Assembly (NCBI RefSeq): GCF_035084215.1
Contig: NC_090329.1
Span: 42,036,001-42,100,000 of the forward strand
Reading direction: 5' to 3'
DNA from: Heptranchias perlo
Taxonomy: Eukaryota
Length of the DNA stretch: 64,000 bases
A program made the translations under genes and the position numbers. Shown here piece after piece: positions 52,145 to 64,000 of the stretch. The notes below the pieces were generated by a model. It was not told the DNA's origin. It was given only the letters and a program-made list of their open reading frames with translations, and did not search any database. The first letter of the stretch is position 1. Each line of letters begins with the position of its first letter.

Positions 52145-53482
52145 ATTTTTGAATCCCTCCCATCAGGTTTCTGCCCCTGTCACAGCCCTGAAACGGTCCT
52201 TATCAAAGTCACAAATGACATCCTATGTGACCGTGACCATGGTAAACTATCCCTCCTCGTACTTCTCGCCCTGTCTGCAGCCTTTAACATGGTTGACCAC
52301 AACATACTCCTCCAATGCCTCTCCTCCGCCGTCCAGCTGGGTGAGACTGCCCTCGCCTCGTTCCATTCTTATCTATCCAGTGGTAACCAAAGAATCACCT
52401 GCAATGGCTTCTCTTCCTGCTCCCACACCGTTACCTCTAGAGTCCCCCAAGGATCTATCCTTGGCCACCTCATATTTCTCATCTACATGCTGTCCCTCAG
52501 CAACATCATCCAAAAACACAATGTCAGATTCCACATGTACGCTGACGACACCCAGCTCTACCTCACCACCACCTCTCTCAACCTTTCCACTGTCTCTGAT
52601 TTGTCACACTGCTTGTCCGAGATGGGCAAAAATTTCCTCCATCTAAATATTAGGAAGACCGAAGCCATTGTCTTTGGTCCCCGCTGCAAACTCCATTCCC
52701 TAGCCACCAGCTCCATCCCTCTCCCTGGCCACTGTCTGAGGCTGAACCAGGCCGTTCGCAACCTTGGCATCCTATTTGACCCAGAGATGAGCTTCCGACC
52801 ACATATCTGCTCCATCACCAAGACCGCCTTCCTACACCTCCGCAGTATCGGCCGTCTCCGTCCCTGCCTCAGCTCATCTGCTACTGAAACCCTCATGCAT
52901 GCCTTTTGTTATATCTAAATTTGACTATTCCAATGCTCTTCTGGCCAGCCTCCCATCTTCCACCCTCCATAAACTTGAGCTCATCCAAAACTCTGCTGCC
53001 CGTATCCTAACTCGCACCAAGTCCCGTTCTCCCTTCATCCCTGTGTTCGCTGACTTACATTGGCTCCTGGTCTGGGAATGCCTTGATTTTAAAATTCTCA
53101 TCCTTGTTTTTAAATCTCTCCATGGCCTTCCTATCTCTTTGATCTCCTCCAGCCCTACAACCCTCTGAGATCTCTGTGCTCCTCCAACTCTTGCCTCTTG
53201 CGCATCCCTGATTTTAATCCATTCACCATTGGCAGCTGTGCCTTCAGCTGCCTAGGCCCTAAGCTCTGGAATTCCCTCCCTAAACCTCTCCGCTTCTCTG
53301 CCTCTTTCTCCTCCTTTCAGACGCTCCTTAAAACCTACCTCTTTGACCAAGTCTGTCCTAATATCTCCTTATGTGGCTCGGTGTCAAATTTTTTTAGTAA
53401 CGCTCCTGTGAAATGCCTTTGGACGTTTTACTACATTAAAGGCGCTATATAAATGCAAGTTGTTGTTGTTTGTTGTTGTTGT
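52145..53482 (+). mobile_element. L2 LINE 3' portion (RT)
   Basis: HSPETVLIKVTND, LSAAFNMVDH, VPQGSILG, YADDTQLY; (TTG)n tail. Confidence 0.95.
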
Positions 53483-54552
53483 TTAATCAAAGCATTAACC
53501 CATTGAACTAACATCATTGTTAACTTTGAATTTTAAACACACACAGTGACACGTCTGTTACTGATATCACATAGCACTATTGCAATCCCTACATGAAAAA
53601 TAGAAATGATCCAGTCTTGACACTTCCTGTTGTATCAGTGCAATGTTGTGGTTCCTGCATCATTTTCAAAGCCTTTAAGGCAATACCTAATGCATAATAA
53701 CAACACCAAACTCTGTGAAATTTAGACTTATTAGCATCAACCCTTCTGGCTTTAATTACAAGCCCCGGTAAACATACAATTGTTTCATTTTTTTTCTTGA
53801 GGTTATTGCTGATCATCTACTTTAAAAATGGATTTACTGAGATGTCTATTTTAATGCTGCTTCAAATATTTAGGACAATTTACATTATATGAAAATATAC
53901 TGTCCTACCGTATGTTTTTACGTGAGCTAATTACCCTGAAAGCATTTGAAAGTTATGATAGTGGTTTAATTTATAACAATCATAAATGAGTAAAGTAAAA
54001 TATCAATATCTTTTAAAAAATAAAATGTTTTTGTTTATTGAAAACTAGCATGGATGGTTTAGGTGTTCCAACACATGCTAAGCTCATTTACTATAGAAAC
54101 ACTACAGGTAGGATTTATAGCAATGAAAATTTTCAGCAGTTTATTGTAGAATCAGATGCAGCTTTCCTTTAATATTTGTTAGAACAAGTAGTACTCTTGA
54201 GACATCTACAATGACAATATTACTTCATTCCACTTGACATTCTGGTTGAGGGGTTTGATAAATATTTACTTATCTTTGTTTCCATGACAGTATTTAAGCG
54301 ATTGTGACAATGTGGATAGGAAGTTGGTTAAAGGACAGAAAATAGACGGTAGTGATTAAAGGATGTTTTTCAGACTGAAGGAATGTAAACAGCAGTGTTC
54401 CCCAGGGATCAGTGTTAGGATCCTTGCTCTTCTCTCTCTCTATAGGACTTATGCCTTAATTTTTACTAAGCCAATCCCAATTATGGAATCAACATTTAGA
54501 GACCAATCAAGAGGATTATTTCTGATGTCTGAGGGTTGATTTTGGAGTGATT

Positions 54553-54997
54553 AACATACGAACATATGAATTAGGAGCAGGAGTAGGCCATTCGGCCCCT
54601 CGAGCCTGCTCTGCCATTTGATAAGATTATGGCTGACCTAAACCATAGCATACAAGGCTACAGACCAAATGCTGGAATATGGGATTAGAGTAGACAGGGC
54701 TGATGGCCGGCGCGGACACGATGGGCCGAAGGGCCTCTATCCGTGCTGTATAACTCTATGACTCTATAGTCTGGAACTCACTGTCTGATTGTGACCTCAG
54801 CCCTAATTTCCCGTCTACCTACTATAACCTTTGACTCCCTTGTTAATCAGGAATATACCTAACTCAGCCTTAAAAATATTCAATGACCCTGCCTCCACCG
54901 TTCTCTGGGGAAGGGAGTTCCACAGACTCACGACCCTCTGAGAGAAAAAATTTCTCCTCATCTCCGTCTTAAATGGGAGACCCCTTATTTTTAAATG
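54553..54997 (-). mobile_element. CR1 (HER1-like) 3' end carrying an internal opposite-strand CR1 3'-end insertion
   Basis: LKIRGLPFKTEMRRNFFSQRVVSLWNSLP; near-identical to 29140-29430; insertion at ~54641-54785. Confidence 0.9.
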
Positions 54998-55287
54998 GGG
55001 CCCCCTGTTCTTGAATTGCTTCAGTTGGGAGGCAGGTGGAGCGAGCGCGTTACCCACCTGAAGGAAGTGATCGGTGGCCTGAACCATTTTCATGGTTGGA
55101 CCTCATTTGAATTCCATTGCCAACCGGTTTGGAGCAGCTCTCCATTTGGGGAGGGCAGAAAATCCAACGGCTCCTCTGTGGAGCCCAACCGTCCCTGGTA
55201 GGTTAAGGAACGGATGGGGGGGCGGAGGGGGGGGGGGTTGGGATATGATTGTGAGGGAGCATTAATGTTACTCCTGTCCCAACAAAA

Positions 55288-56984
55288 GTCATTTAGAGTC
55301 TGTTTTCACTATGGAGAAGGACGATGTAGACATAGAAATACGGCAGGGGGACTGTGATATACTCGAACATATTAACATCGAGCGGGAGGAGGTATTGGCG
55401 GTTTTAGCAGGCCTAAAAATGGATAAATCCCCAGGCCCGGACGAAATGTATCCCAGGCTACTGTGTGAGGCAAAGGAGGAGATTGCGGGGGCTCTGACAC
55501 ATATATTCAGAACCTCTCTGGCCACAGGGGATGTGCCAGAGGACTGGAGAACCGCTAATGTAATACCATTATTCAAGAAGGGGAGTAGGGAAAAACCGGG
55601 GAACTACAGGCCAGTGAGCCTAACATCAGTGGTAGGAAAATTATTGGAAAAAATTCTGAAGGACAAAATTAGTCTCCACTTGGAGAAGCAAGGATTAATC
55701 AGGGATAGTCAACATGGCTTTGTCAAGGGAAGATCATGTCTGACTAATTTGATTGAATTTTTTGAGGGGGTGACTAGGCGTGTGGATGAGGGTAACGCAG
55801 TGGATTTCAGTAAGGCCTTCGATAAAGTCCCCCACAGGAGACTGGTCAAGAAGGTACGAGCCCATGGAATCCAGGGTGCCTTGGCACTTTGGATACAAAA
55901 CTGGCTTAGTGGCAGAAGGCAGAGGGTGATGGTCAAAGGTTGTTTTTGTGACTGGAAGCCTGTGGCCAGTGGGGTACCACAGGGATCGGTGCTGGGTCCC
56001 TTGCTGTTTGTGGTCTACATTAATGACTTGGATATGAATGTAAAAGGTATGATCAGTAAGTTCGCTGATGATACAAAGATTGGTAGGGTGGTAAATAGTG
56101 AGGAGGATAGCCTCAGTCTGCAGGACGATATAGATGGGTTGGTCAGATGGACGGAACAGTGGCAAATGGAATTTAACCCGGAAAAGTGCGAGGTGATGCA
56201 CTTTGGAGGGACTAACAAGGCAAGGGAATACACAATGAATGGGAGGACCCTAGGCAAGACAGAGGGTCTTGGTGTGCAAGTTCACAGATCCCTGAAGGCG
56301 GCGGAACAGGTAGATAAGGTGGTAAAGAAGGCATATGGGATACTTGCCTTTATTAGCCGAGGCATAGAATATAAGAGCAAGGAGGTTATGATGGAGCTGT
56401 ATAAAACACTGGTTAGGCCACAGCTGGAGTACTGTGTGCAGTTCCGGTCGCCACACTACAGGAAGGATGTGATCGCTTTGGAGAGGGTGCAGAGGAGATT
56501 CACCAGGATGTTACCAGGGCTGGAGCGCTTCAGCTATGAAGAGAGACTGGGAAGATTGGGTTTGTTTTCCTTGGAGCAGAGGAGGCTGAGGGGGGACATG
56601 ATTGAGGTGTACAAAATTATGAGGGGCACAGATAGGATGGATACTAAGGAGCTTTTTCCCTTCATTGAGGGTTCTATAACAAGGGGACATAGATTCAAGG
56701 TAAAAGGCGGGAGGTTTAGAGGGGATTTGAGAAAGAACTTTTTCACCCAGAGGGTGGTTGGAGTCTGGAACTCACTACCTGAAAGGGTTGTGGAGGCAGG
56801 AACCCTCACAACATTCAAGAAGCATTTGGATGAGCACTTGAAATGCCATAGCATACAAGGCTACGGACCAAATGCTGGAATATGGGATTAGAGTAGACAG
56901 GGCTGATGGCCGGCGCGGACATGATGGGCCGAAGGGCCTCTATCCGTGCTGTATGACTCTATGACTCTATGACTCTATGACTCT
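55288..56984 (+). mobile_element. Young 5'-truncated CR1 LINE
   Basis: Open RT frame and (GACTCTAT)n tail. Appears inserted in a MITE-like sequence spanning ~55010-57272. Confidence 0.95.
55311..56891 (+). CDS. CR1 ORF2 partial (reverse transcriptase and C-terminus, 526 aa, no endonuclease)
   Basis: KSPGPD, NYRPVSLTS, QHGF, DFSKAFD, GVPQGSVLGP, FADD, LVRPQLEYC. Probably a non-functional retrocopy. Confidence 0.85.
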   Translation: MEKDDVDIEIRQGDCDILEHINIEREEVLAVLAGLKMDKSPGPDEMYPRLLCEAKEEIAGALTHIFRTSLATGDVPEDWRTANVIPLFKKGSREKPGNYRPVSLTSVVGKLLEKILKDKISLHLEKQGLIRDSQHGFVKGRSCLTNLIEFFEGVTRRVDEGNAVDFSKAFDKVPHRRLVKKVRAHGIQGALALWIQNWLSGRRQRVMVKGCFCDWKPVASGVPQGSVLGPLLFVVYINDLDMNVKGMISKFADDTKIGRVVNSEEDSLSLQDDIDGLVRWTEQWQMEFNPEKCEVMHFGGTNKAREYTMNGRTLGKTEGLGVQVHRSLKAAEQVDKVVKKAYGILAFISRGIEYKSKEVMMELYKTLVRPQLEYCVQFRSPHYRKDVIALERVQRRFTRMLPGLERFSYEERLGRLGLFSLEQRRLRGDMIEVYKIMRGTDRMDTKELFPFIEGSITRGHRFKVKGGRFRGDLRKNFFTQRVVGVWNSLPERVVEAGTLTTFKKHLDEHLKCHSIQGYGPNAGIWD

Positions 56985-57348
56985 TTCTCTTACCTTTCTT
57001 GAGTGTCCTGCAGCTGGTTAAGGATCACTTGGTTAGGCTGCTCTACGCCAAGTACCAACTGGGGCCCTATTGACATCATAGGACCCTGATTTGAATGGAC
57101 TAACAAGGCTACTGCCCATTTACATTAAGAACCTGTGCTGCACATTTCAAGGCCTTCACCAAAATGGTGATGACCCAGACATCGATGGGAATGGGGCAGG
57201 AAGTGCTGTGTTGGCATTTTCATCGCATAAGCGCCCCGTTCCCACCGGAAGGAGGAGGATAAAATTCGTCACCGTGGGTCCTTTCCAAGGTGTCATTCAG
57301 CTGCAAAAACATATGTCAGAAACTATGGCAGAAATTCTGCAAACTCGA

Positions 57349-57822
57349 GGGGGTGGATTTCCAGCACAGTTTTGGCGAGAGAGGCCTTGCAATTCAGGAT
57401 AGAACCCGCGTCTGTCAGGTTTCAACCCCATTTCAACTGCCTAAGAAATCCTAACTGAAGGATGGGCGAGTGGGTGCTTCGTCTACCTGCCTTCCCTATT
57501 TCTAGGCAGCAGTTTGGGAGTGTGCCGGGAGGTATTCCCAGGCCTCCCTGGGAAATTTAACATCGGCGGCCAATAAGCCCAATGAGACCTAAATCTGCTG
57601 AGAGCAGGGGTAGCTCCCATTCTGGGCCGAGTGCGAATCCTGGGGGTAGCCAGTCCAAAAGTAATCAATCCCAGGGAGGCAAATGTTCAGCCCAAGCCGG
57701 GCCTCTGGCTTCCCCTCTCAGACTGGCAGGGTGCTACGCCTACTTCTGCTGCATCTGTGAATCAGGTGTCCCTGTTGTGCAACTACGGTCGTGGGCATCC
57801 ATCCGATTATTAAAATTACCCC
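57349..57822. mobile_element. Probable Harbinger-type MITE
   Basis: Ends GGGGGTGGATTT / TTAAAATTACCCC resemble other MITE termini in the window. Confidence 0.45.
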
Positions 57823-58944
57823 GTTTCTGGGACATGAGATGGAGTCAGTGGTAGGCCAAAGCAGCGGGAGAAAGCGCTGCCCTGCCACACCTCCACGAGC
57901 GAAATGATGCTGCTGAATTTGTACATTCAGTTGTTAGTTAGTTGATGAAGGACAGGACTGCAATTACATGCTAGACTTCTTTCCTTTTTTGCTAGTGCTC
58001 AGGCCGTGACCAAAACACCGATGACAAGACCCCATCTGCTTTAAGGCTTTTCCTACTCGTTCATTTTCTTTTCCACAGGATCTATAGTAAGTTACTTTGT
58101 TCCTCTGGAGAGATATGATTCAGCCCCAGCTGAGCAGGCAGTGGTCAAACTCATCCTTCTGGTAACACGAGGATGTATAGGCCCTGTGTCTGAGTTTCAG
58201 TTTTTGCAGGAATGCAGTATGGAACTGTTTGTTTTACAGAATGTCGTAGTGTGGTTTACAATAACCAACATTCCTAGAGTAAGTACGCAGGTAAGGAGCA
58301 AGTGAGGGAAGATAGATGGGGGGGTAAAGGGTAGGGATATGTTAAACCTGATGAGGGCAAGGTCAAGAACTTAGCGAGTGGAATCCTATTCCGGTGCTTC
58401 AGACATATTGGGATAAATTTTAACCCGCAAGAGCGGATGGGCGGGGGCGGGTGGGCACTGAAAATAGTCAGTTTTCGGAGCGGGACCTCATTCCGGCTCC
58501 AACGTGCCTACTTCCGGGTTTGACCCTGATGCATTTGAATGCGTGTGCACTTCTGACACCCGGAAGTCCCTCTGGCATTCAAAGCCGCGGGCTGATGTAC
58601 AAAGGGCCAATATAGGTATTTAAAGTACTTAATACGATTAACTTTTCGTGTATTGAGTTACACAATCCATTTTAACTTCTCCTGAACATGTTTCCAGTGG
58701 CCTCTGAAACACACCATGGAAACGGAGGTGAGTTGCAACTGACCCTCATTTGAACCTTTAAACCAGTGATTGACACAAGTGAATAAAAGGTGAGTTTTTG
58801 CAGCAGGGCAATCAGTTCTCTCAGACAAACCTTTGGCTGGGAGTTCTTTGTGTTTAGACTGAGATTTCTCTGTTCACACTCAGAATTCGTGTGTTCACAC
58901 ATATTTACCTACATTTTGGACCCCCTCAAACTGACAACATCAGG

Positions 58945-59942
58945 ATGGGGGCGCAATGAATCTATTCAACAGTACATCTGAGGAGGAGGCACATCACCGT
59001 CCACGGCAGGCACAGCGTGCAGTTCTGGGAGTTGCAGATGCACAAGACAGAAATGTGCCACAAGGATCTGGAGAAGAGCAGAGAGGGGTCCAACGGAGGG
59101 GCTGAGGTCACAGGAGGCACTACCCATGTGTGAGGGTGTACAGGCAGAGGCTGAGTTTCCTGGAACTCTCTGAGGAGCAGTTCCTATGCAGGCTCAGATT
59201 GAGCCGCAGACACCTGCAGGCTCCTTCACGCAGATCTGCTCCCGACTGGGCCTGGTGGCCACGCATTGCCTGTCACACTCAAAGTCACCACTGCCCTCAA
59301 TTTTTTCACCTCCAGATCTTTCCAGGGCGCCACCGGTAACATCATCAGGATCTCAGTCATCTGCGCATAAGTGTATACGACAGGTCACGGATGGCTTGTT
59401 TGCCAAGGCATCCGACTACATCATCTTCCTCTACGATGACATCAGCCAGACTGAGAGGGCAGTGGGTTTCCATTCTCTGGCTGGGTTCCCACAAGTGCAG
59501 GGCACAATTGATTGCACACACGTAGCAATCTGAGGACCTGTATATGAACCAGGAATGTTCATCAACCAAAAGGGATTTAATTCCATCAATGCACAGCTGG
59601 TTTGCCACCACCAGAGGAGGTTTCTGCAGGTGTGTGCCAAATTCCCTGGCAGCTGCCATGATTGCTTCATTTCATCCCAACCCTCTTCCACACACAAGAC
59701 AGACTTAAGGGCTGGCTCTTTGGAGCGTCCTGCACAACATCACTCAGCAGAGTGGGTTACAGGTGGAGGAGCTCGAATGCGGTCATGAAGCATCCTCATC
59801 AGCCCAAAACATAGACGAAGATGATGAGGAGGAGGAGGAGGAGAAGGAGGAGGACAAAGATGGGGAACCCATCACCAGAGCAGCGGGGCACATGGCTGCT
59901 CGTGATGCCAGAGAGTCACTCATATCAAACAGGTTCTCATAA
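58945..59942 (+). pseudogene. HARBI1-like transposase relic (frameshifts and deletions)
   Basis: RVYRQRLSFLELSEEQFLCRLRLS; AGFPQVQGTIDCTHVAI; FINQKGFNSINAQLVC; KFPGSCHD; acidic tail. Confidence 0.9.
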
Positions 59943-60279
59943 GGAGATCTGCAAACTGAAGACAGTGAACTACTCGGACTGCCTAGAATAACCACCACCA
60001 AGAGCCACTCCCACCCCCCAACCCGCCCCCCCACCCCCCCCCCCCCCCACCGGCCCAGATTGCACAAAACAGTCCTTCAACCACACATACACCCATTGTA
60101 AACGTGTCCACTGGGTGACATCAAGTCTTGTCGTTCGTGAAGAAGCAAATGAAAGGACGATTTCACAAAAGGGACTCAAGATGTGGCAGTGATGGTGACA
60201 ATTATAACATTTAATGTACATGTAAGAAAGAACAAATATAAATGAAAAACATGACATTTAGTCAGACACTCTTGTGCAT

Positions 60280-62093
60280 AGCCTTGGTGATTACAAAACT
60301 TTAGCCTTCCTCTTCCTACTGCTTCTATGTGGTGCAACCCCTGTGGCTTCAGCAGAGGTAGTGGCAGGTTGCTCAGGTCTCTGCCCTGACTGCTGAGATG
60401 CTCTCTGGATTTCGGAGCACGTAAGATCCCCCCCCCCCAACAAAGACTACTCCACCTGCATCTGTGCAGGGGCAGACTCGGCCATCGGAAGAGGAGACAG
60501 CATTGTGGGTACTGGTTGAGAGGGGGGACAACAGGTGAGACGTGGAAGCGCATTGAGTGGCGTTCCCACTTCCATGTTCCTTTTCGCCATCATCCCTCTC
60601 CCGGGCTGCGCAACATCACTCCCACCACTCTGCTGGACAACAGCTTGGAGCAGATCTGTGATGCATTCTAAGGCCACGGGCTAAAGTATCTGTCTGCCTG
60701 TTTAAAGCAGCAGACATGTTGGCATCCAAAGTCCGCACGGCTGTTGTCATGGCCTGAATGGACTCATTTGTGAGCCGTGCTTCAAGCTTAATGGAGGCTT
60801 CCATTCTCTCCATCGCAGACATTCCCACAATTACCTGTGCCACCATTCCACTAATGCTGGAGGTGGACTCCTCCATCCTCTCCGCTATGGTGGAGAGTGT
60901 GCATGGCATGTTTTCCAGTACCTCGCAAAGGTGCAGCTGTACCTCCATCATTCTCACTCTCAACATTGGCCCCCGGGGTTCAGCATCTGAGTCCAACTGA
61001 GCGGAGCTTGGAGACGAGTGCGCTCCCTGATGCGGACCCTCCACAGCTGCCCCTGCCTCCAGGGTCTGCTCGTCCTCACTTGTGAGTGGTGAATCACCAG
61101 ATGACAACCCAACTATCTGCCTAACAGTACCCATCAAAGTGCCGGTTTCTGCACTGGTGCATGGCTGAATATGATGTGACAGTGGCCCCTCAGAGGTATG
61201 GAGCTCCTCTGTGGAATCGCCTTCTTCCATGGCGCCTGCCTCCTCATCAATCCTTGAAGGCCCTGAAAGAGAACATAAAGCAATATTAACAATCATCGCA
61301 GAAGTTAGTTTGCAATGAGCATTCTGAGGTGTGCAACAAGTCAATCATTGATATCATTAATTCATGATGTGTGTGAAGGATGCTAAAGTTCTGTCACCAG
61401 ACATTTGCGGGGTGCCAGTCTCGCCAGCCAGGCATTCAACTGAGCTCCAATGCCTCCTCTTCCGCCTCTGTCAGGGGCACTATTTGTGGTGATCCCCCCT
61501 CCAGTCCTACTCCTCTCCCATACATTTTGCTCTCTATTCTCCTACAAGGTGTGAGTGAGTGAAGGTGACGTGGTCACCCGATGGATGCATTGCTTTGGGT
61601 GAGGCTGACAATGAAACAGCTGCATCAGAGGGTGACTATCAGACAGATTCATCATATTACATCAGGATTGGGGTGAGTGGGAGCGGTGGGTTCACAAATG
61701 GGGAGATGAGGAAGTGCACAGAAGGTGAAGGTAAGTTGATAATGAGACTTAAGTTGGTGTTAGGAGTGATGTGATGGAGTAGGCTTAGCAAGACAGAGTG
61801 AGAGGAGGGATAATGGACACCACAGGATGGAGGTGAATCAGTAACTGTACTCACTTTTCCTGACCTGGTTAGGTCATTAAATCGCTTCCTGCATTGTACC
61901 CACAACCTTGCCACCGTGCTCCTGCTGCTCAGCTCCTCTGCCACCTTGAGCCAGACCTTCTTGGTAGCAGAGGCAGGGCACTCCTCTGATCAGCTGAGTA
62001 CAATCTATCCCTCCTGCTCCTCACACCAGCCAGTAGCAACTGAAGTGAAGAGTCATTGAAGCAGGAGGCTGGCTTACTCCTGTGATACTGCAT
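60280..62093 (-). pseudogene. Harbinger Myb/SANT gene relic, 3 exons
   Basis: Exon 1 62093-61855 (MQYHRSKPASCFNDSSLQLLL...WLKVAEELSS...WVQCRKRFNDLTRSGK, donor gtgagt). Exon 2 ENREQNVWERSRTGGGSPQIVPLTEAEEEAL. Exon 3 has a coiled-coil-like stretch (ORF 60616-61344). Confidence 0.85.
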
Positions 62094-63659
62094 CTCTGCA
62101 CATTCCTCCTTTCTCCCTCAAAACCCATGTTTGTAATGGCCCTTTAAGCACTCCAGTTCGCAACACATCATTCGGGTATGCAATACACCAACTGCGCAGC
62201 TTAGAGACGCAACATCTGAAAGTTACATTAAGGGCCTTCAGATGAGTCCCAATCGCTCGAGCTGACGCATGGAATATTTTTCCGGATTTCCCACGCAGCT
62301 ATACACCCGCCCCCACCCGAGTTCCAGCCGCCATGTTGAAATTATGTCCATTTTCACTTAAATAAATTGGAAGGCCATAATGAGCCTTGTGCACTTGTGT
62401 ATAAAGGCTTCAAACACGCACTGCATGGGCCTATTGCATTATTACTGCTCGGTATACAGGCTAGGAGAAGGCCTCAGACCTCTGTGCTCAAAATTACAGG
62501 CCCACCAGTGTGTCAGATGAGTCATTGCGTTACCGTTTGTTTGCTTTAGTTCTCAGATATTTTACTTATAAATAGTTTAAAAACTGTCTTTATTCCTGTG
62601 TTCAATTTTGGAGCACTACAGCGTTCTCAATTGATCTTCACGAGGTGGGAGTGCTATACTGTGAGTCCAGCAATTTTGGATTTCAGCATTACACTAGTAC
62701 TGGCTCATAATAACATGTTATTTCACGATAATCCCCCCCATTGGTAGTCCTTTTATACTCTCACATGTTGCATCAGAAGGAAATGGCTCAGTGAACTGAA
62801 TGACCCTGGTCTCTGGTGCAAAATCTCCCTTGCAACGAGATTAAATGTTTTTAATGTTATGTCAAAGAAAGGATTAAACCTTTCCTTCTTTCAAATATTT
62901 TGGCTTAGATTTCTTGCTCATTTTGGTTGCAGCATCAGTGTTATTTGGGCGGTGAGGGGAGGAATTTTGGAGGAACCTGTTTCCACTCCTGGCTCTGGTT
63001 CTGCTCAGTTTCTTCATTCTTGATGAAAGGGGCAAGCACTTCTTCAATCCACCTCACCTCTGTGCTGATGTAGTACTTGGAGGCGGGGCTGGTGGGAAGC
63101 TGGCTTCTCCTAGAAGCTCCGTCTGTTCCGCCCGGAGTAAGTCGCCTGCGATACATCATCAGAGGTCAAAGAAGCAGCCATTTAGGCCAGAGCCGCCTCG
63201 GTCCCTGTAACAGGATGGCAAGGTGCCATTCTGGAATCCCGCTGTTCCCGGAAACGGGTGCCCCAGTAGTGCTGGGAATGGTATGGGCACCTGCTCAGTT
63301 CATGCAAAGGATTCTGTCGCTGGAATTTGGGACAGGGTCAAGGCCAGTGCAGATGGGCCGGTGGAATTGCCGACCCCGGCCTTGCTCACGACAGCCCCCT
63401 TATCCATTGCTATTGTGCCTGATTTTGGGTGGAACACCAAAGGAAAATCCATCCCTTAGGATCAACAGGATACTCATAGCCAAGCCTGTCCTAATCTACA
63501 CACCACAAACCTGCACTCTCCAGCAAGGGTCGGTACATAACAATCAGGAATGCATCCCCAACTCACCGCATACGTGTCTGCTGCCAGTTTTATGGCGGCA
63601 GGTTGCCTGGCGTGTCTGTGTCCTGTCTTGGAGAGGTGGGACACTTCATTATAATATTT

Positions 63660-64000
63660 AAATCAGTCTCCCACAGTGCAGTTGGGAGCCTGAATTAAAT
63701 TTAGCAGCTGTCGGCTGGTTTCCCAGAGCTTGGGAAACCCAACAGCGAAATGGAGGCGAGAGTTACTGGCTCCAGCAGGTTAGTGCTTTTTATAGCACTC
63801 CTTGTGGGCCAGGGGGAGCAGGAGTTCTCCCCCCCAGTCCCTTAAGGGAGCCTTTGGCCTCCCACCCCCACCAAACCCCGATCTCTCCCGATTGCCAGGG
63901 ACTGTTCCTAATGGTCCCTGGCTGTGGCCTCCTGCCGCTGGTTTTCCCGCCCAGCAGCCGAACAGTCTGTGAATCAAGCCGGCTGCCAGGCAGGAAATGG
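63660..64000 (+). mobile_element. Probable non-autonomous DNA-transposon sequence running off the right edge
   Basis: GTGGGCCAGGGGGAGCAGGA motif and surroundings resemble ~13335-13360. No terminus is visible. Confidence 0.4.

Larger units (their letters stand above)
58410..62349. mobile_element. Second near full-length PIF/Harbinger transposon (more decayed)
   Basis: TIRs GGGATAAATTTTAAC / GTTGAAATTATGTCC; TSD ATT/ATT; transposase on + and Myb/SANT on -. Confidence 0.9.

Noticed and set aside
56951-56984. Short tandem octamer arrays as CRISPR-like or telomeric repeats
   Set aside because: These are standard CR1 3' tails, with no spacers.
60005-60052. C-rich tract with G-quadruplex potential (also 27390, 47476, 55216)
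   Set aside because: Low-complexity runs inside TE interiors; no evidence of function.
227-63977. Most short ORFs in the supplied track
   Set aside because: They are antisense or alternate frames of TE coding relics, or chance ORFs without recognisable domains.

Overview
This is eukaryotic, repeat-rich, non-coding DNA (intergenic or intronic). It is most likely from a cartilaginous fish; that is an inference from HER1-like CR1 LINE tails and SacSINE1/AmnSINE1-like DeuSINEs. I found no intact host gene, rRNA, tRNA or CRISPR array. The window is a nested mosaic of: CR1 LINEs of several subfamilies (one 526-aa open RT frame, one ORF1 zinc-finger/esterase relic); a Zenon-like CR1-clade LINE with a tRNA-like 5' head, plus a matching short derivative; L2 LINEs; DeuSINEs; and PIF/Harbinger DNA transposons. 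The Harbinger group comprises two near-full-length elements (HARBI1-like transposase plus a convergent spliced Myb/SANT gene), one Myb-only derivative and many MITEs with 3-bp TSDs. The most notable structural signals are: repeated locally templated insertions copied from 0.5-1.1 kb to the right; a perfect 108-bp palindrome insertion with a 12-bp flanking direct repeat; a 305-bp inverted duplication; and the shared-head LINE/SINE pair. All family assignments are from motif recognition by eye, not database searches, and coordinates of old elements are approximate.
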